Position numbers and translations under genes: made by a program. The notes beneath the pieces are model-generated. The model searched no databases, had not been told where the DNA came from, and saw only the letters and a program-made list of their open reading frames with translations. Of a DNA stretch of 64,000 nucleotides, positions 49,634-58,518 are shown piece after piece (within the stretch, counting starts at the first letter, position 1; the number at the start of each line of letters is the position of its first letter). Location: contig QYQK01000012.1 in the NCBI GenBank assembly GCA_007280935.1, positions 1,022-65,021 on the forward strand, given 5' to 3'. The DNA is from Opitutales bacterium. GTDB taxonomy: Bacteria; Verrucomicrobiota; Verrucomicrobiia; Opitutales; UBA953.

Positions 49634-51352
49634 TTAGTTGCCGGCCTTGTCGAGAAGGTCGCCGAGACTGTTGAAGTCTCCGCTGCTCGAACCGCCACCC
49701 ACCGAGCCACCCGCCGAAGGCGCCGGGGCGCCACCCGTGGATGGACCCTTGATGCGTTCGTAACTGGAGATTTCGGCCTGGAGACGTTCAGCGTCGTAGC
49801 TGGCGGCCTTGATCGAAAGACCGATGCGACGGTCTTCTTTGTCGATCTTGATGACGCGAGCCGTGACTTCCTGTCCGACCTTGACGATATCCTTGACGTT
49901 CTCAACGCGCTGTTCGGCGAGCTGGGAGACGTGGACAAGGCCGTCGATTTCGTCGGAGAGTTCGATGAAGGCACCGAAGTTTGCCACCTTGGAAACCTTG
50001 CCGGTGACGAGGTCGCCGATGCGGAACTTGCGGTCGATTTCGCTCCATGGATCGGTCTGGGTCTGTTTGACGCCCAGGGAGATGCGCTGTTGATCGACAT
50101 CGACATCGAGCACGATCGCTTCGACGTCGTCGCCCTTCTTCATGACTTCCGCCGGGTTGTTGATGCGGCGGGTCCAGCTCATGTCGGAAACGTGCACCAT
50201 GCCATCGATGCCATCTTCGAGTTCGACGAAGGCACCGTAGTTGGTGAGGTTGCGCACCTTGCCGCGGACGCGAGCGCCCACAGGGTAGTTGTGACGAACC
50301 TTTTCCCAGGGATTGGTTTCGAGCTGGCGGATACCGAGCGAGATCTTCTGCTCTTCCTTGTTAACGTTAAGGATGACGGCATCCACTTCCTGACCGACCT
50401 TAAGGATGTCGGAAGGCTTCTGGACGCGCTTGGTCCAAGAGAGTTCCGAAACGTGGACGAGGCCTTCGACGCCGCCTTCGATTTCGATGAAGGCACCATA
50501 GGCGACGAGATTGACGACCTTGCCGTGGACTTTCTGGCCCACAGGGTAACGCTTCTCGATACCTTCCCAAGGATTGGCTTGGGTCTGCTTGAGGCCGAGG
50601 GAAACGCGTTCTCGCTCGCGGTCGACTTCCACCACCATGACGGTGATTTCTTCGCCCACTTTGACGACTTCGCTTGGGTGGCCGATACGGCCCCAGCTCA
50701 TGTCGGTCACGTGCAGCAAGCCGTCGAGACCGTCGAGGTCCACGAAGGCGCCGTAATCGGTGATATTCTTGACCACACCACGACGAATCGTGCCGGGTTT
50801 GACTTCTTCGAGAAGCTTGCGACGGCTTTCGCCGCGTTGTTCTTCGATGAGTTCGCGACGGGAGACGACGAGGTTCTTCTTATCTTTGTTAATCTTGATA
50901 ATCTTGAAGTCGAAGGTCTGGCCCACGAACTGTTCGAGATTCTTCGGAGGATTAACGTCGATCTGGGACGACGGCATGAAGGCGTCGACGCCCACGGAGA
51001 CGATGAGTCCGCCTTTGACGATGGACTTGACGCGACCTTGGACGATGGAGCCTTCTTGGCAATTGGCTTCGATGCTTTCCCATTTGCGGATCTGTTGGGC
51101 GCGATCGTAAGAGACGGAAGGGGTGCCATCCTTATTTTCAAGCTTTTCGAGGTAGACTTCGATCTGCATGCCGACTTGGACTTCGGCCATATCAGGGAAT
51201 TCGCCCTGAGGGATGAAGCCTTCGGACTTACCATTGATATCGACGACGACGAATTTGTCTTCGCGGATTTCGGTCACGGTAGCGTGAATGACCGAGTGTG
51301 CTTTGAGCGCGCCGAAATTAGAATCGGCGAGCAGTTTTTCCATGATGCTCAT
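49634..51352 (-). CDS. rpsA: 30S ribosomal protein S1
   Basis: Six S1 repeats (YGAFVDLDGLDGLLHVTDMSW and similar). The ATG start at 51352 is inferred. Confidence 0.97.
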   Translation of the reverse strand: MSIMEKLLADSNFGALKAHSVIHATVTEIREDKFVVVDINGKSEGFIPQGEFPDMAEVQVGMQIEVYLEKLENKDGTPSVSYDRAQQIRKWESIEANCQEGSIVQGRVKSIVKGGLIVSVGVDAFMPSSQIDVNPPKNLEQFVGQTFDFKIIKINKDKKNLVVSRRELIEEQRGESRRKLLEEVKPGTIRRGVVKNITDYGAFVDLDGLDGLLHVTDMSWGRIGHPSEVVKVGEEITVMVVEVDRERERVSLGLKQTQANPWEGIEKRYPVGQKVHGKVVNLVAYGAFIEIEGGVEGLVHVSELSWTKRVQKPSDILKVGQEVDAVILNVNKEEQKISLGIRQLETNPWEKVRHNYPVGARVRGKVRNLTNYGAFVELEDGIDGMVHVSDMSWTRRINNPAEVMKKGDDVEAIVLDVDVDQQRISLGVKQTQTDPWSEIDRKFRIGDLVTGKVSKVANFGAFIELSDEIDGLVHVSQLAEQRVENVKDIVKVGQEVTARVIKIDKEDRRIGLSIKAASYDAERLQAEISSYERIKGPSTGGAPAPSAGGSVGGGSSSGDFNSLGDLLDKAGN

Positions 51353-51590
51353 TGTGTTTTGACTGTTTCTCCTGGTCGTCGCGAGCGACGGTTCCAGGGT
51401 TTGGTTGTGGTTGTGGTTTTCCCTAAGGAGAGTCCGCTGACAGGTGCCAGAGGGCCGAAAGGAAGATTGAACGAACCGTCCGACAGGGGGGCTGGCAAGC
51501 CGATTATAGGCAGAAATCAGACCGCAAGGGATTTCGGGTGCGACCAGCTTCTGCCGCTTTACCGGTTTCGCCCATTTTAGGCTTAAAAGA

Positions 51591-52571
51591 CTACTGTTTG
51601 CTCTGCAGTCGTTGCGCGTAGTCGCTAATCCCCGCCGCCACTGCTTCAGCAATTTTTTGGCGATAGGCCGGATTGGCGATCTGCGCGCCTTCACTTTTAC
51701 TCGAAATGAACCCTCCCTCGACCAGCACCCCGGGGCAGTTGAGCGTCCGGAGGACGGCGAAACGTGCCCGCCGAACCCCCCGGTCTTCCGCACCGGTGCC
51801 GGCGATGATTTTGCGCTGGATGCTCCAGGCCAACTGCAGGTTAAAGGCGTCGAAGCGATTGCCGGCCTCTGTGGAGGTGTCTGCTTTGCCTCCGGCGGCG
51901 TTCGTCGAACGTTGGCCGGCCGGGCTGAGGCAATAGGTCTCGATGCCGGAACTGTTCGTATCTCCTTTGGCCCCGCCATTGTAATGGAGGCTCACGAAAA
52001 GATCGGCTTTATTTTTGATGGCCATGGGCGCACGCTGATCGAGTTCAATCGCGACGTCTTTTTCGCGGGTCAAGATCACATCGAAGCCGAGCTTATCGAG
52101 AATAAGTTTCAATCGGATGGCGGTATCGAGCGTCGCGGCTTTTTCGTTGTATTTGAGCGCAGCATTCTGTTTGCCGGGGTCTTTGCCTCCGTGTCCTGGG
52201 TCGATGATGATTCGCTTCGTGCCGGGCATTGGGGTGGGTAGCTTCCAATAAAGCGGGACCAAAATCTTTTCATAATCCAACCGCGAGACGGTGAGTTTGC
52301 CATGCGCCAGGCCGACGGTTTCGTTCAGGTATAACTTAATGCCGTCGACCCAAAGGTAATCGCGGTTCCTCTCGGCGTAGAGTCCGATGCCGCCTTTGGC
52401 CCCATGGCGCTCGGCTTCGGCGGGGTCGCCTTTCTTTTGCTCTAATTCGTGAAGGCCAAGTTGGCGCAAGGAATCACCGAGGTAAATGTCACCGCTCGCC
52501 GCCAGTGCCGTCCCGGCGCAAAACACCAAGAGGGCAGAACTGCTCAATAGGTTGGCGACCAGGTGTCGCAC
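51591..52571 (-). CDS. N-acetylmuramoyl-L-alanine amidase (Amidase_3)
   Basis: Motifs IIDPGHGGKDPG, NEK, FVSLHYN and LVEGGF. Signal peptide after the GTG at 52571. Confidence 0.9.
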   Translation of the reverse strand: MRHLVANLLSSSALLVFCAGTALAASGDIYLGDSLRQLGLHELEQKKGDPAEAERHGAKGGIGLYAERNRDYLWVDGIKLYLNETVGLAHGKLTVSRLDYEKILVPLYWKLPTPMPGTKRIIIDPGHGGKDPGKQNAALKYNEKAATLDTAIRLKLILDKLGFDVILTREKDVAIELDQRAPMAIKNKADLFVSLHYNGGAKGDTNSSGIETYCLSPAGQRSTNAAGGKADTSTEAGNRFDAFNLQLAWSIQRKIIAGTGAEDRGVRRARFAVLRTLNCPGVLVEGGFISSKSEGAQIANPAYRQKIAEAVAAGISDYAQRLQSKQ

Positions 52572-52575
52572 AAAA

Positions 52576-53247
52576 TTATTCCGCGTCGTTCTCGCCGTTA
52601 TCCACCGAGGAGTCATCTTCGCCGTCTTCGTCTCCGGGCATTTCATTGTGCACGAGTTTACGCTTGTTCTGTTGGACGGGGGTGAGGCCGACGACGATAG
52701 CCCGGCCGCTGCGCTTGGGCTCGTTGTCCCGGGTGCAGATGTGCGACAGCTCGTTGATGGCCCGGGTGATCGTATCGACGCCGATTTCCGGATGTTCAAG
52801 CTCGCGGTAACGATACTGCAAAAGGAGTTTAACCTTATGGCCGTGGTAGAGGAAGTTTTCGGCCCGGCGCACCTTGATCATCAGGTCATGAACGTCGATA
52901 CGTGGACGGAGTTTTACTTCCTTCACCTTCGTCGTGGCCTTCTGGTGCTTATGTTTCTTGGCCTCTTCGTAAAGGTACTTGCCGTACTCCATCAGTTTGC
53001 AGACCGGCGGCACCGCGGTGGCCGCGATTTCGATAAGGTCGACGCCGAGTTCGCGGGCGAGCTCGATGGCCCGTGCCGTCTGCATGACGCCGAGCATATC
53101 ACCCTTCGGTGAAATCACGCGGACTTCAGTCGCCCGGATGCGATCGTTGCGCTTAGGGCCTTTGTCCTCTTTGCGGAAGTTTCCGCGGGGTGGGGCCGAC
53201 TTATTGGGTTTGGGCCGGGGACTGTTAGGACGATAGGGCGTAGCCAT
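52576..53247 (-). CDS. infC: Translation initiation factor IF-3
   Basis: Motifs NDRIRATEVRVI, PPVCKLMEYGKY and KEVKLRPRIDVHD. Confidence 0.96.
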   Translation of the reverse strand: MATPYRPNSPRPKPNKSAPPRGNFRKEDKGPKRNDRIRATEVRVISPKGDMLGVMQTARAIELARELGVDLIEIAATAVPPVCKLMEYGKYLYEEAKKHKHQKATTKVKEVKLRPRIDVHDLMIKVRRAENFLYHGHKVKLLLQYRYRELEHPEIGVDTITRAINELSHICTRDNEPKRSGRAIVVGLTPVQQNKRKLVHNEMPGDEDGEDDSSVDNGENDAE

Positions 53248-53348
53248 TAGGTAACTTCAGATGTGTCTCGCCTATAAACTCTTTGTTTCAGGCCCTTGGT
53301 TCAAGCACCGATTATCTCTAGGGCTTTTCCTCAGGTCGGAACCGGATT

Positions 53349-53825
53349 TTATTTCAGGCCCGCAATCGCCTCAAGCAACTGTCGCCCATGGGTCGCGGCT
53401 TCGACTTTGGGGACGATTGCAATCAGCTTGCCCTTCCTGTCAAAAAGGTAGGCGGCCCGTGCTGGGCCCAGATACTTTTTGCCGTACATGGATTTCTCCA
53501 CAATCCCGTCGACGGCTTTGGCAAACAAATCGTCAGGGTCCGATACCAGGTCGAACTTGTAGCCGTGCTTGGCGGCATATTTAGCGTGGGAGGCGCACGT
53601 GTCTCGGGAGACGGATATAATTTTAAACCCTTGTTTAGCAATGGCTTGCATATTTTTATCCAGCTCAGCGGTCTGGACGTCACAGGAGGAGGTATTGTTG
53701 CGCATATAGACCGAAACAAGGGTGGGCCCCTCGATTAGCTCGCCAAAGGGAACTTCCTCGGTTTTCCCGGTTCGATGGGCTTGAACTTTGAACTTAAGAT
53801 TCGGCTTTTTTCCTAATGAAATCAT
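53349..53825 (-). CDS. Peroxiredoxin, BCP/AhpC-TSA-like
   Basis: YMRNNTSSC (variant of the PxxxTxxC motif), SRDT..SH, LVSDPD, and EKSMYGKKYLG..R. Confidence 0.8.
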   Translation of the reverse strand: MISLGKKPNLKFKVQAHRTGKTEEVPFGELIEGPTLVSVYMRNNTSSCDVQTAELDKNMQAIAKQGFKIISVSRDTCASHAKYAAKHGYKFDLVSDPDDLFAKAVDGIVEKSMYGKKYLGPARAAYLFDRKGKLIAIVPKVEAATHGRQLLEAIAGLK

Positions 53826-53999
53826 GTTTTTAAAGGTTTTAAGGTGAGATTAAGGGGGAGGCGGATCTGCTCATTTGTCAAATGGCTGAGTGACTCAACG
53901 GGGCCATGAATTACAGGAATCGTACGAACAAAGGCTTGGGCCAGCCCTTTCCCCTTTACAAGTCACCCCAGAGTCCCTTTGTTCCGACCCTTTCCCGCC

Positions 54000-54191
54000 A
54001 TGCAAAAGACCCGCAAGTCCATCTCCAAGCGCTTCAAGGTAACCGGAACCGGCAAAGTGATGCGCCGCTCCCCTAACGGACGTCACTTGCTGAGTGCCAA
54101 GTCCCGTAAGCAACGCCGCCGTGCCAACAAGTCTAAGCGCGTCGACTCCGGCTTCGAGAAGAACATGCTGGCTTCGATGCCTTTCGCGTAA
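54000..54191 (+). CDS. rpmI: 50S ribosomal protein L35
   Basis: KTRKSISKRFKVTGTGK...HLLSAKS. Confidence 0.95.
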   Translation: MQKTRKSISKRFKVTGTGKVMRRSPNGRHLLSAKSRKQRRRANKSKRVDSGFEKNMLASMPFA

Positions 54192-54276
54192 AGCGGCGGC
54201 TATAATTTTTGGCCGACCGGGTGTTCATTAAGGCGACCCCCAGGCCATCTAAACCCAATAAACACAACATACCAAC

Positions 54277-54633
54277 ATGCCTAGAGCAACCAACGGTCCA
54301 GCCACTAAGGCGCGCAAGCGTCGTATGATTAAAGCGGCTAAGGGCTATTTCGGAAATAAATCACGCCTGTACGTCTACGCCCTCGAGGCCGTACAGCGTG
54401 CTCAGAAGTTCGCTTACCGCGACCGTCGGAAGAATAAGTCGACCTTCCGCCAATTGTGGATCGTCCGTCTGAACGCTTCCTGCCGTCCTCTCGGTATCTC
54501 TTACAGCCGTCTGATCGCTGGCCTCAAAAAGGCTAACATCACCATGGACCGTAAGAATCTGAGCGAGCTGGCGATTCACGACATGCCGGCCTTCGAGGCC
54601 ATCGTGAACAAGGCCAAAGCCGCCCTCGCCTGA
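54277..54633 (+). CDS. rplT: 50S ribosomal protein L20
   Basis: AKGYFG, AYRDRR and FRQLWIVRLNA. Confidence 0.97.
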   Translation: MPRATNGPATKARKRRMIKAAKGYFGNKSRLYVYALEAVQRAQKFAYRDRRKNKSTFRQLWIVRLNASCRPLGISYSRLIAGLKKANITMDRKNLSELAIHDMPAFEAIVNKAKAALA

Positions 54634-54659
54634 GTTAACGGTTAATCCGTCCCTCTTTC

Positions 54660-54690
54660 GAAGCCCCGGCCCTCCGGGGCTTCTTTGTTT
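54660..54690 (+). terminator. Rho-independent terminator after rplT
   Basis: GAAGCCCCGG-ccct-CCGGGGCTTC hairpin followed by TTTGTTT. Confidence 0.85.
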
Positions 54691-54739
54691 CTGGGTGCTT
54701 TCGCTTGCCGACTTTCCCCGCCAACACACAAATCTATCT

Positions 54740-55780
54740 ATGCAGCAGCAGCTCGTCCAACTCGTCGCCGCCGCGACCCAAGAGGCTTCCAGCGTTTCGA
54801 CCCGCGCGGAGATGGAAGCGTTCAAGGCCCGGGTCGTCGGTCCGAACGGCTCCTTGACTCACGTGATGAAAGGCATGGCGACGCTTTCGAAAGAAGATCG
54901 GCCCGTGGTCGGTAAGCTCATCAACGAAGCCAAGAAAGCCGTCGAAGAGTTGCTCGCGGCCCTGCAGGTTAAAATCGAAGAGTCCGAAATCGCCGGCGCC
55001 TTGGGTGCGCCCCTCGATTCGACGTTGCCCAGTCCGGACGCCCCCGCCGGCTCCCTGCACCCGCTGAGCCGTACCCGCGAAAAGATTCTCAGCACCTTGC
55101 GCAAATTAGGTTTCACGGTCGCCGAAGGTCCCGAGGTCGAAACGGAGTGGCATTGTTTCGACGCCCTTAATACGCCGGCCGATCACCCAGCCCGGGATAT
55201 GCAGGATACGCTCTATCTCCCCAAATCTTTTCGCTCCGCCGATGCGCCGCGCAAGGGCGAGGAGGCGATCTTACTTCGTACGCATACCTCCAGCGTCCAG
55301 GTGCGCACGATGCTTTCACGTAAACCTCCTTTCCGGATCGTCGCCCCCGGGCGTTGTTTCCGCCGCGATGCGGTCGACGCCACCCACTCAGCCAATTTCC
55401 ATCAGGTCGAAGGTCTCTGGATCGATCGCAACGTGACGCTGGCCGATCTCCGCGGCGTCCTTGACTTCTTCGTGAAGGAAACTTTCGGCCCAGAGGCAGA
55501 GATTCGTCTCCGTCCTTCTTTCTTCCCTTTCACGGAGCCGAGTTTCGAGATGGATCTGCGCTCACCTAATCTCGGCCGTCTTTCCAATCGCTGGCTCGAA
55601 ATTATGGGCTGCGGTCTCGTCGACCCCAAGGTACTCGAGCTCTGTGGTTTGGACCCGAAAGAATGGTCGGGCCTCGCTTTCGGTCTTGGGCTGGAACGCA
55701 TCGCGATGCTGGTCCACGGCATCGATGATATCCGCCTATTTTATAATAACGATACGCGCTTCCTGCGCCAGTTCGCCTAA
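54740..55780 (+). CDS. pheS: Phenylalanine--tRNA ligase alpha subunit
   Basis: Motifs HPARDMQDT, LRTHTS, FHQVEG, FPFTEPS and FGLGLER. Confidence 0.97.
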   Translation: MQQQLVQLVAAATQEASSVSTRAEMEAFKARVVGPNGSLTHVMKGMATLSKEDRPVVGKLINEAKKAVEELLAALQVKIEESEIAGALGAPLDSTLPSPDAPAGSLHPLSRTREKILSTLRKLGFTVAEGPEVETEWHCFDALNTPADHPARDMQDTLYLPKSFRSADAPRKGEEAILLRTHTSSVQVRTMLSRKPPFRIVAPGRCFRRDAVDATHSANFHQVEGLWIDRNVTLADLRGVLDFFVKETFGPEAEIRLRPSFFPFTEPSFEMDLRSPNLGRLSNRWLEIMGCGLVDPKVLELCGLDPKEWSGLAFGLGLERIAMLVHGIDDIRLFYNNDTRFLRQFA

Positions 55781-55783
55781 GCC

Positions 55784-58219
55784 ATGAAAGTCTCGCTCCA
55801 AGCCCTTGCCCGTCACGTCGAACTCGCCGGCGTCACGCCCGAACGTCTCGCGGATATCCTCCCGATGCTCGGTCTCGAGGTCGAATCAATCCAATCTTTT
55901 GGTCTCTCGCCTTTGCCTCTCGTGGTAGTAGGCGAAATTCTTTCTTTCGAAAAACACCCGAAGGCTGATCGGCTCAGTGTTTGTCAGGTCGACGTTGGTG
56001 ATGGTGCTCCGCGCCAGATCGTCTGCGGCGCCAAGAATTTCAAGGCCGGTGACCGAGTGCCCGTGGCTTTGCCCGGCACGCTGATGCCTGGCGGTTTTGA
56101 GATCAAGGTCTCCAAGCTTCGCGATGTCGATTCGATGGGGATGATGTGCTCGGCAGAAGAACTGGGCTTAGGAAAGGGCGAGGACGGTCTGTTAATCTTG
56201 ACCCCGCGCAAGCCAGCCCTCGGTACACCGCTTAATCAACTCTATGGTGCGCCGGATACGGTCTTAGATATTTCCGTAACGCCAAACCGTGGCGATTGTC
56301 TTGGCTTGCGTGGCCTGGCTCGGGATATCGCGGCCGCGTTGAGTCTGCAGCTTAAGCCGCTGTCAATCAAGACGGCCGCCGGACTGGCCTCCGCACCTTC
56401 TGCTCAGGATGGTTTCAAGTTCGTCCGTTCGTCATCCGAGTTCTGTCCTTATTACACGTTGCGCACTTTGCGGAATGTCAAAGTCGGCCCGAGTCCGGAA
56501 TGGATGCGTCGCGACCTCGAGGCCGCCGGTCTCCGCCCGATTAATAATGTCGTCGATATCACCAATTGGGTGCTGCTCGAACTTGGTCAGCCCTTACACG
56601 CTTTTGACGCCAAACAGGTGCGCGCAGGGATCGAAGCCCGTCCCGCTCGCGAAGGTGAAGAAATCGTCCTGCTCGACGGCAAGAAGGTGAAACTTGAAAC
56701 GGGTATCTGCGTCATCGCCGATGCGGAACGCCCGTTGGTTGTCGCCGGCGTGATGGGTGGCATCGAATCCGGCGTGTCACCAACGACGACGGATATTCTT
56801 TTAGAGTCCGCTTGGTTCCGGCCCGGCGAAATTCGCCGCGTCGCCCGGCGCTTAGGTGTGTCCACCGATTCTTCTCACCGTTTTGCCCGCGATGTGGATC
56901 CAGCGGGCGTCGAGCTGGCTTCGCGTCTCGCGACCGATTTGCTTATCGAGTACGCGGGCGCTCAAGTCGTCGGGCCAGCCGTCGCGGTTGGGCAGACACC
57001 TCGCACCGATGTGGCCATCGAACTTCCCGCCGGGTACGTCGCCGCCAAACTCGGTACGGTCATCGTTGAATCGGAAATTACTGCCGCTTTCACTCGCTTA
57101 GGTTTTACGGTCAAGCCAAGTGCGCACGGTCTTTCAGTCATCGTTCCGTCTTTCCGTTCCGACGTCACGCGGCCCATCGATCTGGTGGAGGAGTTTGTCC
57201 GCATCTACGGAACTGATAAGCTGCCCGTCGGCCGGCCAGTCGCGCCGTTGCCCGGCGAAGAGGACGCTTTGTCTTCGGTCTTTACGCGTGAAGTTTCGAT
57301 GCGTCTGGCGGGTGCTGGTTTCACCGAATGTTGCCATTACTCTTTGCGTGATGCCGCCGAATTGGAACGCACGCTCGGCGCCGATAAGGCCGCAGCCCTT
57401 GCCTTGGATAATCCTCTGACCGCTGATCAGACGCACCTGCGCGCTTCGCTGTTGCCTGGGCTGGCTGGCGCGCTCGCTCTCAATCTATCCGTCCATGCTG
57501 ACCCGCAGGGTCTTTTCGAGGTCGGGACGGTTTTTCGTCCGCAGGCGGATGGCACGGTTCGCGAGTTCATCTCCGTGGCTTTTACCGCTCTCGCTGAACC
57601 CGTCGTGCGTTCTTGGAAATCGCGCGAAGCCTTTGACGGGTTGCGTGCCAAACGCTTGCTCCAAGATGTGGCCGCCCTTGCTGGCGTCTCTGCCGTACGC
57701 CTTTCTTTCGGTCCCGCATCGAGTGGTCTTTGGCAGGCCAACCATGCCGCGGCCCTCGCGGATCGCGGCCGGACCGCCGAAGGCGCTTGTGGCATCCTTG
57801 ACCTACGCTGGACGCGTCTGATCGGAATCAAAGGTTCGGTCGTGGCCGGAGAAGTCATCTTCCCGCGTTCGGCATTCGCTGAAACCCGGAAGATCCCGCG
57901 CTACGAGGCTTTCTCTTCTTTCCCACCGGTAACCAAGGATGTAGCCGTGGTCGTCCCCGTGGGAATCGCGGCCTCCGAAGTCGAGAGCCGTGTCCGCCAA
58001 GGCGCTACGAAGGCCGCTGGCAAAGAGTTTGTCCTCGAGTCGGTCAACTGTTTTGACGTCTTTAGTGGCGCCGGGCTGCCCGAAGGATGCCGGAGTCTGG
58101 CTTTTGAAATCCGCTGGCGCCACGCCTCGCGCACCCTCACCGACGAAGAGACTAATCAGGCTCTGGGCGTCGTCATCGCTTCGCTTGAAAAGGGCGCGGG
58201 TTGGACCGTCCGCCGCTGA
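55784..58219 (+). CDS. pheT: Phenylalanine--tRNA ligase beta subunit
   Basis: Motifs HPKADRL, VCGAKN, TPNRGDCL, INNVVDITN and DLVEEFVRIYG, plus an FDX-ACB C-terminus. Confidence 0.97.
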   Translation: MKVSLQALARHVELAGVTPERLADILPMLGLEVESIQSFGLSPLPLVVVGEILSFEKHPKADRLSVCQVDVGDGAPRQIVCGAKNFKAGDRVPVALPGTLMPGGFEIKVSKLRDVDSMGMMCSAEELGLGKGEDGLLILTPRKPALGTPLNQLYGAPDTVLDISVTPNRGDCLGLRGLARDIAAALSLQLKPLSIKTAAGLASAPSAQDGFKFVRSSSEFCPYYTLRTLRNVKVGPSPEWMRRDLEAAGLRPINNVVDITNWVLLELGQPLHAFDAKQVRAGIEARPAREGEEIVLLDGKKVKLETGICVIADAERPLVVAGVMGGIESGVSPTTTDILLESAWFRPGEIRRVARRLGVSTDSSHRFARDVDPAGVELASRLATDLLIEYAGAQVVGPAVAVGQTPRTDVAIELPAGYVAAKLGTVIVESEITAAFTRLGFTVKPSAHGLSVIVPSFRSDVTRPIDLVEEFVRIYGTDKLPVGRPVAPLPGEEDALSSVFTREVSMRLAGAGFTECCHYSLRDAAELERTLGADKAAALALDNPLTADQTHLRASLLPGLAGALALNLSVHADPQGLFEVGTVFRPQADGTVREFISVAFTALAEPVVRSWKSREAFDGLRAKRLLQDVAALAGVSAVRLSFGPASSGLWQANHAAALADRGRTAEGACGILDLRWTRLIGIKGSVVAGEVIFPRSAFAETRKIPRYEAFSSFPPVTKDVAVVVPVGIAASEVESRVRQGATKAAGKEFVLESVNCFDVFSGAGLPEGCRSLAFEIRWRHASRTLTDEETNQALGVVIASLEKGAGWTVRR

Positions 58220-58224
58220 TCGCC

Positions 58225-58515
58225 ATGGCTGAAGGTTTCGACATCGACCATCTTGCGAAACTCGCCCGTCTGAATCTGACGGCCGCGGAGAAGGTGCTTT
58301 ATTCGTCGCAGCTCACTCAGATCCTGGGCCATTTTCAGGCCTTGGCTAAAGCCGACCTGCCCGAGACGATTGATCTGGCTCGGGTAGTTTCCGAATCAGC
58401 TCTGCGCTCCGATGAGCCGGGTCCGGTGCTGGGCGCCGAAGCCGTCACCCGCATCGCCCCCGCCTCACGCGATGGGCAGATTTCCGTCCCGCGCGTCGTG
58501 GACGACGAAGCCTAA
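58225..58515 (+). CDS. gatC: Asp/Glu-tRNA amidotransferase subunit C
   Basis: DHLAKLARL...LRSD...VPRVV, directly upstream of gatA. Confidence 0.92.
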   Translation: MAEGFDIDHLAKLARLNLTAAEKVLYSSQLTQILGHFQALAKADLPETIDLARVVSESALRSDEPGPVLGAEAVTRIAPASRDGQISVPRVVDDEA

Positions 58516-58518
58516 GCC

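Noticed and set aside
49931..51580. 549-aa plus-strand ORF
   Set aside because: It is the antisense shadow of rpsA. Strong codon bias in a highly expressed GC-rich gene removes stops on the opposite strand, and it shows no protein motifs.
51353..51979. N-terminal extensions given by the ORF track (rpsA to 781 aa; likewise thrB, thrC, rlmN, the amidase and the BamD-like gene)
   Set aside because: The extensions overlap neighbouring genes or intergenic signals and lack family similarity. Downstream starts fit better.
54634..54739. Possible pheM-type attenuator or T-box before pheS
   Set aside because: No Phe-rich leader ORF or T-box motif. The hairpin is explained as the rplT terminator, followed by a separate promoter-like element.
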